From positions 1,627 through 65,626 of the forward strand of contig CALXFF010000003.1 in assembly GCA_944387525.1 (NCBI GenBank): a stretch of DNA of 64,000 nt, given 5' to 3'. The translations under genes were made by a program, and so were the position numbers. Positions 1 to 9,783 of the stretch are shown here, piece by piece (the first letter of the stretch is position 1; every line of letters begins with the position of its first letter). The stretch comes from an uncultured Clostridia bacterium. GTDB taxonomy: Bacteria > Bacillota > Clostridia > TANB77 > CAG-508. The notes beneath the pieces are model-generated. The model did no database searches. It was not told where the DNA came from and worked only from the letters and a program-made list of their open reading frames with translations.

Positions 1-117
1 TTTATAAGAGGTATTACATATAATCTCGATTTGACCAAAGTTATTTACTTCTCCTACAACCGTGCAAACCTTACTTGTTCCTATGTCAATACCTACAATG
101 ATATCTCCGATTGCCAA
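1..117 (-). CDS. ftsA: Cell division protein FtsA, first 39 codons only (gene runs off the window start)
   Basis: Minus-strand TTG at 117-115, 7 nt after GGAGG. Translation is LAIGDIIVGIDIGTSKVCTVVGE, the actin-fold phosphate-1 motif. It follows sbp as expected in a dcw cluster. Confidence 0.8.
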   Translation of the reverse strand, partial: MAIGDIIVGIDIGTSKVCTVVGEVNNFGQIEIICNTSYK

Positions 118-308
118 GTTAATTCCTCCAATTTTGTATTAAATTTCTTAAGTGTATATATATTACATTTTTAGACAAATGTCAATAGGATTTGTTATAT
201 TTTTGTAATGTTCTTGTAATATAATTGTAATAAGAAAACATATAAAAACGACATGGCATATATTCTAATTTTAGATTATTTACAACATGTCGCATATCTT
301 TAATACAC

Positions 309-728
309 TTAAGATTCTACTACATTTTCTCCTTTATTTTTTTCTTTCTCATTTTCCTGATTATCTTGTTCTCTAAGTTTTTTAAATTTGTCTGACCATT
401 TATCAACATAGTATCTTCTTATGATTGCTAAATTTGTAAACATTCTACCAACAAAAACTACTATTGCTGCTAAATATATATCTACATTCAATTTTTGTCC
501 TAATATTGTTAATAAAATTGATAAAATTGCATTTCCAAAAAATCCTGTAATAAATATTTTTAAATCAAAATTTTTATTTATAACAGATGTAATTCCACCA
601 AATACTGAATCTAGTGCTGCAATAATCGCTATTGCCAAATAACTTGAATATGTATATGAAATCATTGGAGCATTTATCCCTATAATAGCTCCTAATATAC
701 ATCCTATTAATATAGCTATAAATATCAT
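309..728 (-). CDS. sbp: Small basic protein Sbp (DUF1290-type membrane protein of the dcw cluster)
   Basis: 139-aa ORF with several TM helices and a basic tail. Sits between the DUF881 genes and ftsA, as in Bacillus and Clostridium. Confidence 0.75.
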   Translation of the reverse strand: MIFIAILIGCILGAIIGINAPMISYTYSSYLAIAIIAALDSVFGGITSVINKNFDLKIFITGFFGNAILSILLTILGQKLNVDIYLAAIVVFVGRMFTNLAIIRRYYVDKWSDKFKKLREQDNQENEKEKNKGENVVES

Positions 729-749
729 TTTCTTCCTCCTTGATTTTCA

Positions 750-1475
750 TTATTGAATATATTTTGTTGTTATCTCATCATCATATTTTAATATAGTCAT
801 TTTATCCTTTTTTTCTATTGTCACATCATGCCCAATTGTCCTAAGTTCATCAACATATCCGCCTTTTCCTACTAAAGCACTTTCTAGATATGATTGATTT
901 CCTATTGCTTTGATTATATATGGTGCTAAAATTCTTTGACCATTAATTCTTACAAATAAGTTATCTGTGTTTGCGTCTATATTAACTATATCTGTCATAT
1001 TTATAATTCTTTCATCATTTATTGATATAGCTTCTGCTCCGGCTAATTTTAATGCATTTACTATTACAAGTAAATCATCTGCATTTATTTGACTTATCTC
1101 TTCATTATCTGTCTCTCTTAATGTAACTATTATTCCTTCTCCTTCAACATCAGTTTTTCCTAAATTCATATTAACTGTAGCTAACTCGTCATCAACCAAT
1201 TTTTCTGTTTCTTCATTTGACTCTTTTGTCTTTTTATATTCCTCAATTGTACTTTGAACTTCTTCATATTGTGCATTTGTTTCATCATATTTTGACTTCC
1301 AATTGGCAAGCTCTGTTCTCAGTTCTGTTTCTCTCATATTTTCTATCGAAGTTATATCCGTTTCATTTACAATTTTAAACTGCATAAACATAACTAATAC
1401 TAGCACAAAGCATGCAATTCCAATTGTAATTGTCATTGTTATTTTACCTTTTTTTATATTTAGCTTTTTCTTCAT
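750..1475 (-). CDS. DUF881 division-associated membrane protein
   Basis: 241 aa with N-terminal TM anchor, coiled coil and a C-terminal LKLAGAEAISINDERI region typical of DUF881. dcw context. Confidence 0.75.
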   Translation of the reverse strand: MKKKLNIKKGKITMTITIGIACFVLVLVMFMQFKIVNETDITSIENMRETELRTELANWKSKYDETNAQYEEVQSTIEEYKKTKESNEETEKLVDDELATVNMNLGKTDVEGEGIIVTLRETDNEEISQINADDLLVIVNALKLAGAEAISINDERIINMTDIVNIDANTDNLFVRINGQRILAPYIIKAIGNQSYLESALVGKGGYVDELRTIGHDVTIEKKDKMTILKYDDEITTKYIQ

Positions 1476-1587
1476 AGCAATTATTTTCTTTACTAAAGGT
1501 CACATCTCGCTTTGCGAAACCTTTTCTTTACTCTTTAGAAAAGAATTCCTCCTTTCTATAATATTTTGAACTTTATTATTCTATATT

Positions 1588-2304
1588 TTAATTAACAGTT
1601 TTTGCATATTCATAAGTGATAACGCCTGTATATTTTGGAATTGTAATATTATTTGATTTTTTCAATTCAACACCAACTGTAGCATTTTTTAAAATCTCCA
1701 AATATCCTCCAGGTCTTGATAAAGCTGCTAACTGTTCTGGAAGTCCTATTGCTTTAATTTCAAATGGTGCTCCAACTTTTTCTCCATTTATTTCTATTAT
1801 ATTTCCACCACAAACTATACTGCTTGTTGGAACTAATCTTTGGTCATTTATTGATATAGCTTCTGCTCCTGCATTTTTTAATTCGTTTATTACACTTAGT
1901 ACATCTCCATCATGAACCAGTAACTCACTTGCATTTAATACAGAATTTGCATCTCTTGTACTATCGCTTAATGTTATTATTACCCCTGGTCCTGTAACTT
2001 CAGTTAGACCAATCATTTTGTTTCCTTGTTGTATTTCTTGTTCTTTTGCTTCTAAATCCTCATTGTTTTGAGTTGATTCTTGTCTTACTTTCTCTAATTC
2101 CGCTTCTGCTTTTTCTAATTCTTTGTATCTATTTTCGTATCTCTCTTTATATCTTAAAACTTCTGCTCTTAGGTTATTTTCTTCATAATTTTGGCTTACT
2201 GTTGAATCTGTCCCTTGAACTGTTCTTACTTGTACACATATTCCTAATGTCAAAGCAAAACACATTATTCCTAGTACTATACTTATTGTTCTCTTATGCG
2301 TCAT
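1588..2304 (-). CDS. DUF881 division-associated membrane protein (paralogue)
   Basis: 238 aa with the same architecture (GPGVIITL, LKNAGAEAISINDQRL). Paralogous to 750-1475. Confidence 0.75.
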   Translation of the reverse strand: MTHKRTISIVLGIMCFALTLGICVQVRTVQGTDSTVSQNYEENNLRAEVLRYKERYENRYKELEKAEAELEKVRQESTQNNEDLEAKEQEIQQGNKMIGLTEVTGPGVIITLSDSTRDANSVLNASELLVHDGDVLSVINELKNAGAEAISINDQRLVPTSSIVCGGNIIEINGEKVGAPFEIKAIGLPEQLAALSRPGGYLEILKNATVGVELKKSNNITIPKYTGVITYEYAKTVN

Positions 2305-2332
2305 TTTTTCACCTCTTCCTTATATATTTTTT

Positions 2333-3331
2333 CTAAACCTTTTGTCTAAAATATGGTTGGAATTTATTATTTAAATCTCCATTTACAAATATATCTCCTG
2401 CATTTTCTTTTTCTTTTTCTAAAATTGCTACTACATATAGCATCTTATTACTTAAATTTGAACTATCTCCTAAATGTACATATTTATTTTCTTGCTCTAA
2501 ATATATAATATATTCGTTTTTGTTGCTAATGTCAATATTTGTGACCTCTGTGTCTAAATTATTTTCTTTTGCTGAACTCATTATTTTCAAGACATCTTCT
2601 AATTTTCCTAAATCTTCATCATTTAATCTTTGATTAAGTGAAACTTCTTGTTCTGCTGTTGATGAATTCAAAATTATTGGAAGCCCTTTATTATCCTCAG
2701 ATATTTCTAGAATATATCCTTGATTATTTATTATAGCATATTTTCCCATATAATCCACACTATATGTTGGAATTCTTTCTTCTATTTCTATTTGTACTGT
2801 ACTTGGTATTTTTCTATGTACCTCTACATTTTCTACATATGGATTTTCTTTTATTTTTTCTATCACATTATTTGAAGAAAATTTGAATATATTTTGGTCT
2901 GTCCTTAATTCAGATAAACTTATAATTGTATCACTACTAACTTGACTATTATTTAATACTTGTATGTCCTTTATGTTAAAAATTGGTGAAGTCAATGCAA
3001 AAGTTATTCCACCTGCAATTACTCCAATTATTAATATTATTTTTAAAACAAATTTAATTCTTCTGTTTCTTTTTTTACGTTTTCTTTCTTGCTTACTTAA
3101 TTGTTTTCTTCTCTCTTCTTCTTTTTTTAATTTGTTTTTATTAGTCATATTAATGACTTCTTCTGTTTCAAAGTCAAAATCATTATTCTGCTCTCTTTGC
3201 ATTTTGTTTTGCTTGATTCTTTTTTCCCTTTCTTTCTGCTTCTTTTTCTTCACTAAGTCTTCTATATTTTCTTTTCTAGCTTGTCCATTTTTCATATAAT
3301 ATAAGTTCATATCTGATTCTTTAGACTTCAA
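2333..3331 (-). CDS. ftsQ: Cell division protein FtsQ/DivIB (basic N-terminus, TM anchor, POTRA-like region)
   Basis: 332 aa. TTG at 3331 about 8 nt after AAGGAGG. Lys/Arg-rich cytoplasmic tail, one TM helix, then FNIKDIQVLNN (POTRA start). Sits between murA and the DUF881 genes. Confidence 0.75.
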   Translation of the reverse strand: MKSKESDMNLYYMKNGQARKENIEDLVKKKKQKEREKRIKQNKMQREQNNDFDFETEEVINMTNKNKLKKEEERRKQLSKQERKRKKRNRRIKFVLKIILIIGVIAGGITFALTSPIFNIKDIQVLNNSQVSSDTIISLSELRTDQNIFKFSSNNVIEKIKENPYVENVEVHRKIPSTVQIEIEERIPTYSVDYMGKYAIINNQGYILEISEDNKGLPIILNSSTAEQEVSLNQRLNDEDLGKLEDVLKIMSSAKENNLDTEVTNIDISNKNEYIIYLEQENKYVHLGDSSNLSNKMLYVVAILEKEKENAGDIFVNGDLNNKFQPYFRQKV

Positions 3332-3347
3332 TTCAAATTCCTCCTTT

Positions 3348-3440
3348 GGTCACTTTGGTCACTTTGGGGACAGGTATATCTATAAGGTCCGTCCCCTAAT
3401 CCCTGTTTTTAGGGATTTTGAGGACCGTCCCTTAATCCCT
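3348..3440 (-). repeat. Repeat family A, copy A1 (truncated c + b + a, reverse orientation), fills the murA-ftsQ gap
   Basis: GGTCACTTTGGTCACTTTGGGGACAGG, a short gap, AAGGTCCGTCCCCTAATCCCTG, TTTTT, then AGGGATTTTGAGGACCGTCCCTTAATCCCT. Confidence 0.9.
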
Positions 3441-4683
3441 CTTTTTGATTTCAATTCCTAAGTTATTCAATTTTCTGTCAAATCCTTCATATCCTCTTAA
3501 AATATATTCTATGTTATCTACAGTTGTTGTTCCTTTTGCCATAATTCCAGCTAATACTAAAGCTGCTCCTCCTCTTAAGTCTGTTGCTTTAACATTTGTA
3601 CCATATAATTTTCGTACTCCTTTTATTATAGCGGTTTTTCCTTCTATATTTATTTTTGCTCCCATTCTAATTAGTTCACCGTGTATATTTATACCTATTT
3701 TCAAAAATGTTTTCAACTATAATTGATGTCCCTTTTGCTGTTGTTAGAGTAGTTGCAAATATTGATTGCATATCTGTTGGGAATCCCGGATATGGCATTG
3801 TTTTTATATCTACTGCTTTTAGTTTTTTTGGTGCTTCAATTTCTATTTCTCTTCTTTGTACTTTTAATTTACATCCTGTTTCTTCTAATTTATTAATAAC
3901 TGGTGTTATATGTTCTGTATCCACATTTTTTAAAAGTATATTTCCATTCGTTGCTGCTGCTATACATAGAAATGTTCCTGATTCTATCCTATCCGGCATG
4001 ATGTTATAACTTACATCTTTTAAATTTTTCACACCTTCTACTTCTATTTTATTTGTTCCTGCTCCTTTTATTTTGGCTCCCATTTTGTTTAAAAAGTTTT
4101 GTAAGTCTACAATTTCAGGTTCTCTTGCAGCATTTGTGATTATCGTTTTTCCTTCTGCTAAGCAACTTGCAAGTATTGCATTTTCTGTTGCTCCGACACT
4201 TGGAAAATCTAAGTCAATTTTTTCTCCTACTATTTTATCACAACTACATGCTATTTTTCCATAGTTTTGGTCAATATTTATTCCTAATTTTTCAAATGCT
4301 TTTAAATGTAAATCAATTGGTCTTGTTCCAATATCACATCCTCCTGGATATGAAAATATTGCCTTTCTATGTTTTCCTAGTAATGCTCCAGCCAAAATTA
4401 CTGATGAACGCATTTGTCTCATTAAATCTTCTGGTATTTCATATTTGTCAATTTTATTTGTGTCTATTATTATTTTATTAGACTTTTTTGTTACATTTCC
4501 TCCTAATTTTTTTAATATTTCAAACATCATTTGCGTATCATGTATATTTGGAACATTATATAATGTTGTTTTTCCTGCATTTAAAATAGTTGCAGCTATT
4601 ATTGGAAGTGCAGCATTTTTTGAACCTGATATTGTCACTTCTCCTTCTGCTTTTTTTCCACCTTGGATTATGTACTGTGCCAT
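3432..4683 (-). CDS. murA: UDP-N-acetylglucosamine 1-carboxyvinyltransferase MurA, read as two ORFs joined by a +1 step at CGG 3681-3679
   Basis: ORFs 3676-4683 and 3432-3716 together give a full-length MurA. Includes KNAALPI and the active-site segment YPGGCDIGTRPIDLH. The junction reads ENRYKYT|GELIRMGAKINIEG. The last codons and stop (AGG GAT TAA) lie inside repeat A1. Confidence 0.85.
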
Positions 4684-4992
4684 TTTTTATATCATTCCTT
4701 TCTCTAGGCTCTATCCTAGTTGGAAAAGAATTAAATTTTGGCAAGGAAAACAAGTTTGAAATTTATGAGGCGTACTATCTGTACGTTGATTAAATTTCAA
4801 ATGAAGTTTGACGTAGCCAAAATTCTAATTATTTTTCAACTATCCACCTTGCATATTATATTTAGGTAATATAACGGTTTACCTATAACCTTCTTTTGCT
4901 ATATTTTATGTTTTCTTTACGTAAAATGTGTCTTTATGCAAGGTGAATTGTTTTCTTTAGTCATTAAAATATTATATTTAATATATAATATT

Positions 4993-5038
4993 AAAAGTTC
5001 TAAAATTTCAAGATTGTTCTCAAAATTTTAGAACTTTT
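4993..5038. terminator. Perfect 16-bp hairpin downstream of the 5049-5534 gene
   Basis: AAAAGTTCTAAAATTT (4993-5008) pairs with AAATTTTAGAACTTTT (5023-5038) across a 14-nt loop. Confidence 0.6.
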
Positions 5039-5048
5039 TATTTCATAC

Positions 5049-5534
5049 TTATGTATCTAATGAATAAATATAAAGTACATTAGAATCTATATCAAATGTA
5101 GCAATCGAATAATTTAAAGATGCTCTATTAAAAATTTCATTATAATAATACTTATCTATTGCTTCGCTATGCCTATCTAAAAATATCCAGTAACCATTAT
5201 TTATAAATGGATTTTCTATGTCTTCATCTATACTATTATAAGCACATTCTTGTAGTATTTCAGGTATTGGTAACTTATTCCAATGTGAATTATTACTTAT
5301 ATTACTTGTAAGTTCCTTGGCTTGTTTATCTGAAAAATAAAATTTTGCAAGTGTTTCTCCATCTCCATGAAATCCACCATGCATATCTTTTTCTTCCATC
5401 TTTGCAAATATTGGAATTGGTATCTCAATGAGTGAAGAATAAAAATTATAATCATAAAGTGTATGTAAATATATTATATGTGCTATTATCAAAAGTAATA
5501 TAATAAAACAAGCTATTTTAAAAAATTTCTTCAT
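5049..5534 (-). CDS. Hypothetical membrane-anchored protein (161 aa from ATG 5534)
   Basis: ORF with one N-terminal TM helix. GAGGTG lies 9 nt upstream of ATG 5534. Immediately follows the upstream orphan (stop at 5550). A perfect 16-bp hairpin follows. Confidence 0.55.
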   Translation of the reverse strand: MKKFFKIACFIILLLIIAHIIYLHTLYDYNFYSSLIEIPIPIFAKMEEKDMHGGFHGDGETLAKFYFSDKQAKELTSNISNNSHWNKLPIPEILQECAYNSIDEDIENPFINNGYWIFLDRHSEAIDKYYYNEIFNRASLNYSIATFDIDSNVLYIYSLDT

Positions 5535-5549
5535 TATTAAAGTCACCTC

Positions 5550-6395
5550 TTACAACTTTTGAATTTCTCCATTCTTTTGTACTTTTATTGTAAGCTCTGC
5601 AATGACATCATATTCTTTAATAACTCCTAATTTTTGAGAAATAAATGCTAAATTATATAATGTACTAGATAATATACTTTTTGGAATATTATTTGCATCA
5701 AAATAATATTCTAAAGGTGCTTTCCATTTAGTAAAATCAAAAGTATCACTTAATGTAATCTCTATATTCCAATCTAAATTAGAATCTTGTTGTGCCTCCA
5801 TTTTAATATTAGCATTGTGAATAGCAAAATATAAATCACTATTTTCAAAAGCCACATATTCTTGTCCTATTGGTATATATATTTCTTTTTCTTTTTTATG
5901 CTTATTTATAATTTCATTTATCTTATTCTTAAAGTTCTCATCTTTAACTATTAGCTCTATAAATTCTTCATCACTTATTAAAAAATCAGTTGGTTCTTTT
6001 TCTAAAGAATGTTGTAATAATTCTGCTGCTAATTCATAATTAAAGTATCTCCCTCCTAATTCAATTACAGTCTGCCAAAATGCATATTGCATTGCTTTTA
6101 AACTATTTCTATCATATTGACTCTTGTGTTTTTTCAAATTTTCAAAATTGCCATAATGTAACTGATTTAAATATTGATATGTCAAATATCTATCAGTAAG
6201 CCAAATCTTTTGATTATTATTAATTTTCGAAACATTTGTAATCTTCATAATGTTTTTATATAAAAGTTGTTCTTTGTTTTTACATCTTCTAGGCTTTTCA
6301 ATATTTAAAAATGTAAATATATTATTTATACATCCGTTTCCAAATGTAGATTTAGATTTTTTCATATCTCTTTCACATAATAAACATTCATGCAT
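5550..6395 (-). CDS. Hypothetical protein, 281 aa, Cys-rich N-terminus (CLLC ... GNGC)
   Basis: Long ORF on the strand of its neighbours. I recognise no family. Confidence 0.5.
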   Translation of the reverse strand: MHECLLCERDMKKSKSTFGNGCINNIFTFLNIEKPRRCKNKEQLLYKNIMKITNVSKINNNQKIWLTDRYLTYQYLNQLHYGNFENLKKHKSQYDRNSLKAMQYAFWQTVIELGGRYFNYELAAELLQHSLEKEPTDFLISDEEFIELIVKDENFKNKINEIINKHKKEKEIYIPIGQEYVAFENSDLYFAIHNANIKMEAQQDSNLDWNIEITLSDTFDFTKWKAPLEYYFDANNIPKSILSSTLYNLAFISQKLGVIKEYDVIAELTIKVQKNGEIQKL

Positions 6396-6833
6396 AATAT
6401 CATCTCCAATTCTACTTCAATATCACCATTTTTTCCTATTTTGACAATTTATTTTAATTTTTCACTATGAATTTAATTTTCAGATGTTGACAATTGGTTA
6501 CCATTTTATTTTATTCTTCATAAGAATCTAATTTTCTTATTTCTTTAGCATTTTTATTAGATATAATTTTCTTTCCTTTATATGTTAATTTTTTTATCAT
6601 TTTCCATTGTTTTAATTGATATAATACTTATATCATTAATTTTAAAATTTTTCAACGCTTTAGCAAAATTTTGTTCTCATTTTCCTTATTACTAAAGCTC
6701 TACTTCGTTTTGTAATTGGAGATAAACTATATGAATTTGCTATAACTTTTATTTTTCTCTTTACTTTTATCATATTTTCTGCTATTATTGAATTGAACTA
6801 CTGAAAGTATGAATATACCGTAGGTAGTGTTTT

Positions 6834-7682
6834 TTATTTTAATTTCTTTTTAGCTTTTGATAAAATTCTTTTATTCTTTTCTTTTTCAATTTGCTTTGCA
6901 CTTTTACTTGGTGTTGGTAAATTCTCTGGCATTGTACCACCAATTCTTTTTATAGTTTGCCTAACAGCCTGCCCTACATTATGATGTGTTATACAAGCAT
7001 CATCTTCATTATCTATATTCTTATTTTTTAAAACCTCATCTGTCTGTGTAATTCTAAATAAATTAGCTGCTAATTCTGTACTACTCATATAATCTAATAT
7101 ATCTTCTTTTTCTGATATTCCTTTTCTATTAGCTATATCTTTTGCAGTTTCTCCATTATATAATCCTCTATATCCATAATTATTAAATTTTCCGTAATTT
7201 TTCACACCTGCTGATTTTGCTGTATCAAATAAATATTTATTTTTATCTTTTACATTTTTTCTAGTATATAATCTTTTTTCATCTTCACTTAATTGTTCAT
7301 ATTCTTGTCTTGTTATTTCTTGTTTTCTAGTTTGTACTGCAAAATAAGTTTGTGCTAATGCTATTGCTTTTTTTCTACTATCTCCATTTTGTGCAATTAA
7401 ATAACATGCATATCTTGTAAGTTTTATATCGTCTATTTCCATTTCAGCATTATTTCCTACTTTTAACACCTTCCCGACGTCGGCAAAGTGTTCCTCTTGT
7501 GCAATATCACTACCTTTACAGGCATCTTTTGCTTTAGTTATTACATTTTTGAAATTTCCCCATTTGCTATATTCCAACATTGTCATTAGTTCTCTAGCAT
7601 ACCAAAATTCAACTCCATTTTCATCTACATGTTTAATACTTTCAAAGTCTTTTTCTGTTTTATTTACTAAATTATTTGCCAT
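6834..7682 (-). CDS. dinD: DNA-damage-inducible protein D-like (Bro-N type N-terminal domain)
   Basis: MANNLVNKTEKDFESIKHVDENGVEFWYARELM ... RYACYLIAQNGDSRKKAIALAQTYFAVQTRKQE matches my recollection of the DinD family. AGGAG lies 9 nt before ATG 7682. Confidence 0.65.
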   Translation of the reverse strand: MANNLVNKTEKDFESIKHVDENGVEFWYARELMTMLEYSKWGNFKNVITKAKDACKGSDIAQEEHFADVGKVLKVGNNAEMEIDDIKLTRYACYLIAQNGDSRKKAIALAQTYFAVQTRKQEITRQEYEQLSEDEKRLYTRKNVKDKNKYLFDTAKSAGVKNYGKFNNYGYRGLYNGETAKDIANRKGISEKEDILDYMSSTELAANLFRITQTDEVLKNKNIDNEDDACITHHNVGQAVRQTIKRIGGTMPENLPTPSKSAKQIEKEKNKRILSKAKKKLK

Positions 7683-7867
7683 GTATATCAACTCCTATCA
7701 GCTTTTAAATCATACTATTAAATTAATATTGTTCTATAATTTCTATTTGTATCATATTTATTAATTATTTTCAATACTTTTACGAATTTTTGTTTTTATT
7801 TTTTATATATTTTTAGATAAAAAAAGAAGGTACAGATTATTATTCTATATCCTTCTAATATCACATC

Positions 7868-8110
7868 TTAATCTTCCTTAATATTATATTTTTTCATTAA
7901 TTCTTTTGCTTTTTCTACTCCCTCTTCTGTTAAATATGTAGATTTTGCTTTATGTGTGCTTCCTCCTATTAAGTGTTCATCCTCTAATGCGTTCAGTATA
8001 TCAAAATCATACCCTTTCCATGCTCTATGAAATTCTCCATATGGTTCTTTTTCTATCCAAGAATTTAAATATAATAATAGCAATGTTAATTCTTTTATTT
8101 TTTCTTCCAT
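7868..8110 (-). CDS. Small DUF6429-like protein (80 aa)
   Basis: LLLLYLNSW ... GYDFDILNALEDEHLI ... YLTEEGVEKAKELMKKY pattern. Begins 4 nt after the stop of the 534-aa gene. Family assignment is from memory only. Confidence 0.5.
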   Translation of the reverse strand: MEEKIKELTLLLLYLNSWIEKEPYGEFHRAWKGYDFDILNALEDEHLIGGSTHKAKSTYLTEEGVEKAKELMKKYNIKED

Positions 8111-8114
8111 TTTT

Positions 8115-9719
8115 TCACTCTCCTACACTACTTCTTTCTAATGAATTTTTTAAACATTTTTTATAAACATTATAATGTGTATATTCCTCTTGAAATTTCT
8201 GTAATAAAATCTTACATTCGTTTACTCTGCCCTCTTGACTCAAATATTCAACAAATGCAATTAAATAATCTGCAACTTCTTGATATCTTCCACGTTGTTG
8301 TGTCTTTAAATACTTTTTAGTTATTTTTGATATTTTATTTTCAAATTGTTTTTCCACTTTCTCTATCAGTTCTTCTGGAATTTCTTTTTTGGTAGCTTGC
8401 ATTATTTTAAAAATCAAGTCCGTATCTAAGTTATTTTCTATATCTTCTATCTCTTCTACAAATTTCTCTCTTATTAATTTCTTTTCATTATTCTTTCTGC
8501 TTCCAAAAAATAACAAATAATAAAATATTAAGTTTTCAACACGCTCTTTATCATAATTATCTAGTTTTTCAAATATTACATATACATTTTCTATTTTTCC
8601 TAAAATAAGGTCAATCAAAATTTTCTCACGTTCATTTTTTTCTTTAACAACAACAAATTTATCACTTAATTTTGTTATTTCTTTGATTTGATTATCAACT
8701 GAAAGATTTTCACAAATTTGTAATGTATATACAAGTTTAGGATGTAAATCATTTATATTATATAAATATTTCCTTTTTAATTCATCATCTTTCATTATAT
8801 CACATAAATCAATAATCTTTTTATATATTAATTCTTTTTGTCCATCTTTCATATTTATTTTTTCTAATGCAAATAAATATTCTAATAATTTATTATATTC
8901 AAATTTATTCATCATAAATTCGCACAATAATTCAAATATTCTCACATTATCTACGCTGTTTTTTTGTAAAAACTTAAATACTTCTTCTGTACCATTTTTT
9001 TCAATTAAAAGTTGAAATACAATTTTATATGAAAACCATTTATCACATTCTGTTAATTTATTTACTATTGGTATAATCATTTCATTTCTAAACTTTTCAT
9101 GTTTTTTAGAAAATTCATGAATCACATAAGCATCTAAATTATATCTATGCTCTTCAAAAGCTTTTTCAAATTTTTCAATCTTATTTACATCATCTGCATA
9201 ATATATTGCATTTAAATAATTTAAATAGTGTTCTTGTATTTTACATTCAAGCATATCTTCAACATGATAATAATTAGGTAATAAACTATGTAATTCCTCA
9301 TGATTTCTTTCTGTAATATCGAATATCTTTTCATATAAATCTACAACTTCATTATATTTCTTTTCACCAAATAATCCTTTTATTCCTCTAAAAGCTCTGT
9401 CAATTTCATCAATCCAAGATTCATCTCCTATTACGACCTCTTCATCTAACGAATAGTCATAATACGACTCATCACAGTAGAGTCCTTTTTCTGCATCAGA
9501 TATTACTTTATCTATTATTTTATTTATTTCTTTAAATGTTAATTTCTCCTGCATTTCACCTTTATTAATTAAATAATTTGCTCTTGTAAATTTATTTTCA
9601 GGAATAATTTTTAATAAATCACAGACCAATTCTTGCCATTGCTCATTTGATAATTCTTTACATTTAACTTTTCCTTCTAATTCTTTTTCTATTGTTTTAT
9701 TATTTTCTACATACTTCAT
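8115..9719 (-). CDS. Hypothetical all-helical protein (534 aa from ATG 9719), last large gene of the Shango-like operon
   Basis: Long ORF. AAGGAG lies 10 nt before ATG 9719, and the gene starts 65 nt after the helicase stop. The C-terminus (RGRYQEVADYLIAFVEYLSQEGRVNECKILLQKFQEEY) resembles tails of helicase-associated SWIM-type proteins. That link is inference. Confidence 0.55.
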   Translation of the reverse strand: MKYVENNKTIEKELEGKVKCKELSNEQWQELVCDLLKIIPENKFTRANYLINKGEMQEKLTFKEINKIIDKVISDAEKGLYCDESYYDYSLDEEVVIGDESWIDEIDRAFRGIKGLFGEKKYNEVVDLYEKIFDITERNHEELHSLLPNYYHVEDMLECKIQEHYLNYLNAIYYADDVNKIEKFEKAFEEHRYNLDAYVIHEFSKKHEKFRNEMIIPIVNKLTECDKWFSYKIVFQLLIEKNGTEEVFKFLQKNSVDNVRIFELLCEFMMNKFEYNKLLEYLFALEKINMKDGQKELIYKKIIDLCDIMKDDELKRKYLYNINDLHPKLVYTLQICENLSVDNQIKEITKLSDKFVVVKEKNEREKILIDLILGKIENVYVIFEKLDNYDKERVENLIFYYLLFFGSRKNNEKKLIREKFVEEIEDIENNLDTDLIFKIMQATKKEIPEELIEKVEKQFENKISKITKKYLKTQQRGRYQEVADYLIAFVEYLSQEGRVNECKILLQKFQEEYTHYNVYKKCLKNSLERSSVGE

Positions 9720-9783
9720 TCTTGATTTTCTCCTTGTAAAAAGTATTACTATATTTATCAAGTTATATCACAAATAAACACTT

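Noticed and set aside
421-642. Many ORF-track entries lie antisense to, or out of frame with, long genes. Examples: 421-642, 1303-1569, 1616-1915, 2964-3299, 15824-16147, 19082-19378, the 40328-41971 series, 59841-60350.
   Set aside because: They lie entirely inside well-supported genes on the other strand. They are Leu/Phe/Ile/Ser-rich, as expected for shadow frames of AT-rich coding DNA, and they lack RBS motifs.
6396-6833. The 440-nt gap between the DinD gene and the orphan pair might hide a degraded gene or an sRNA.
   Set aside because: Only very short ORFs (30 codons or fewer) without convincing RBS, no repeats and no clear hairpins. Nothing here can be supported from sequence alone.
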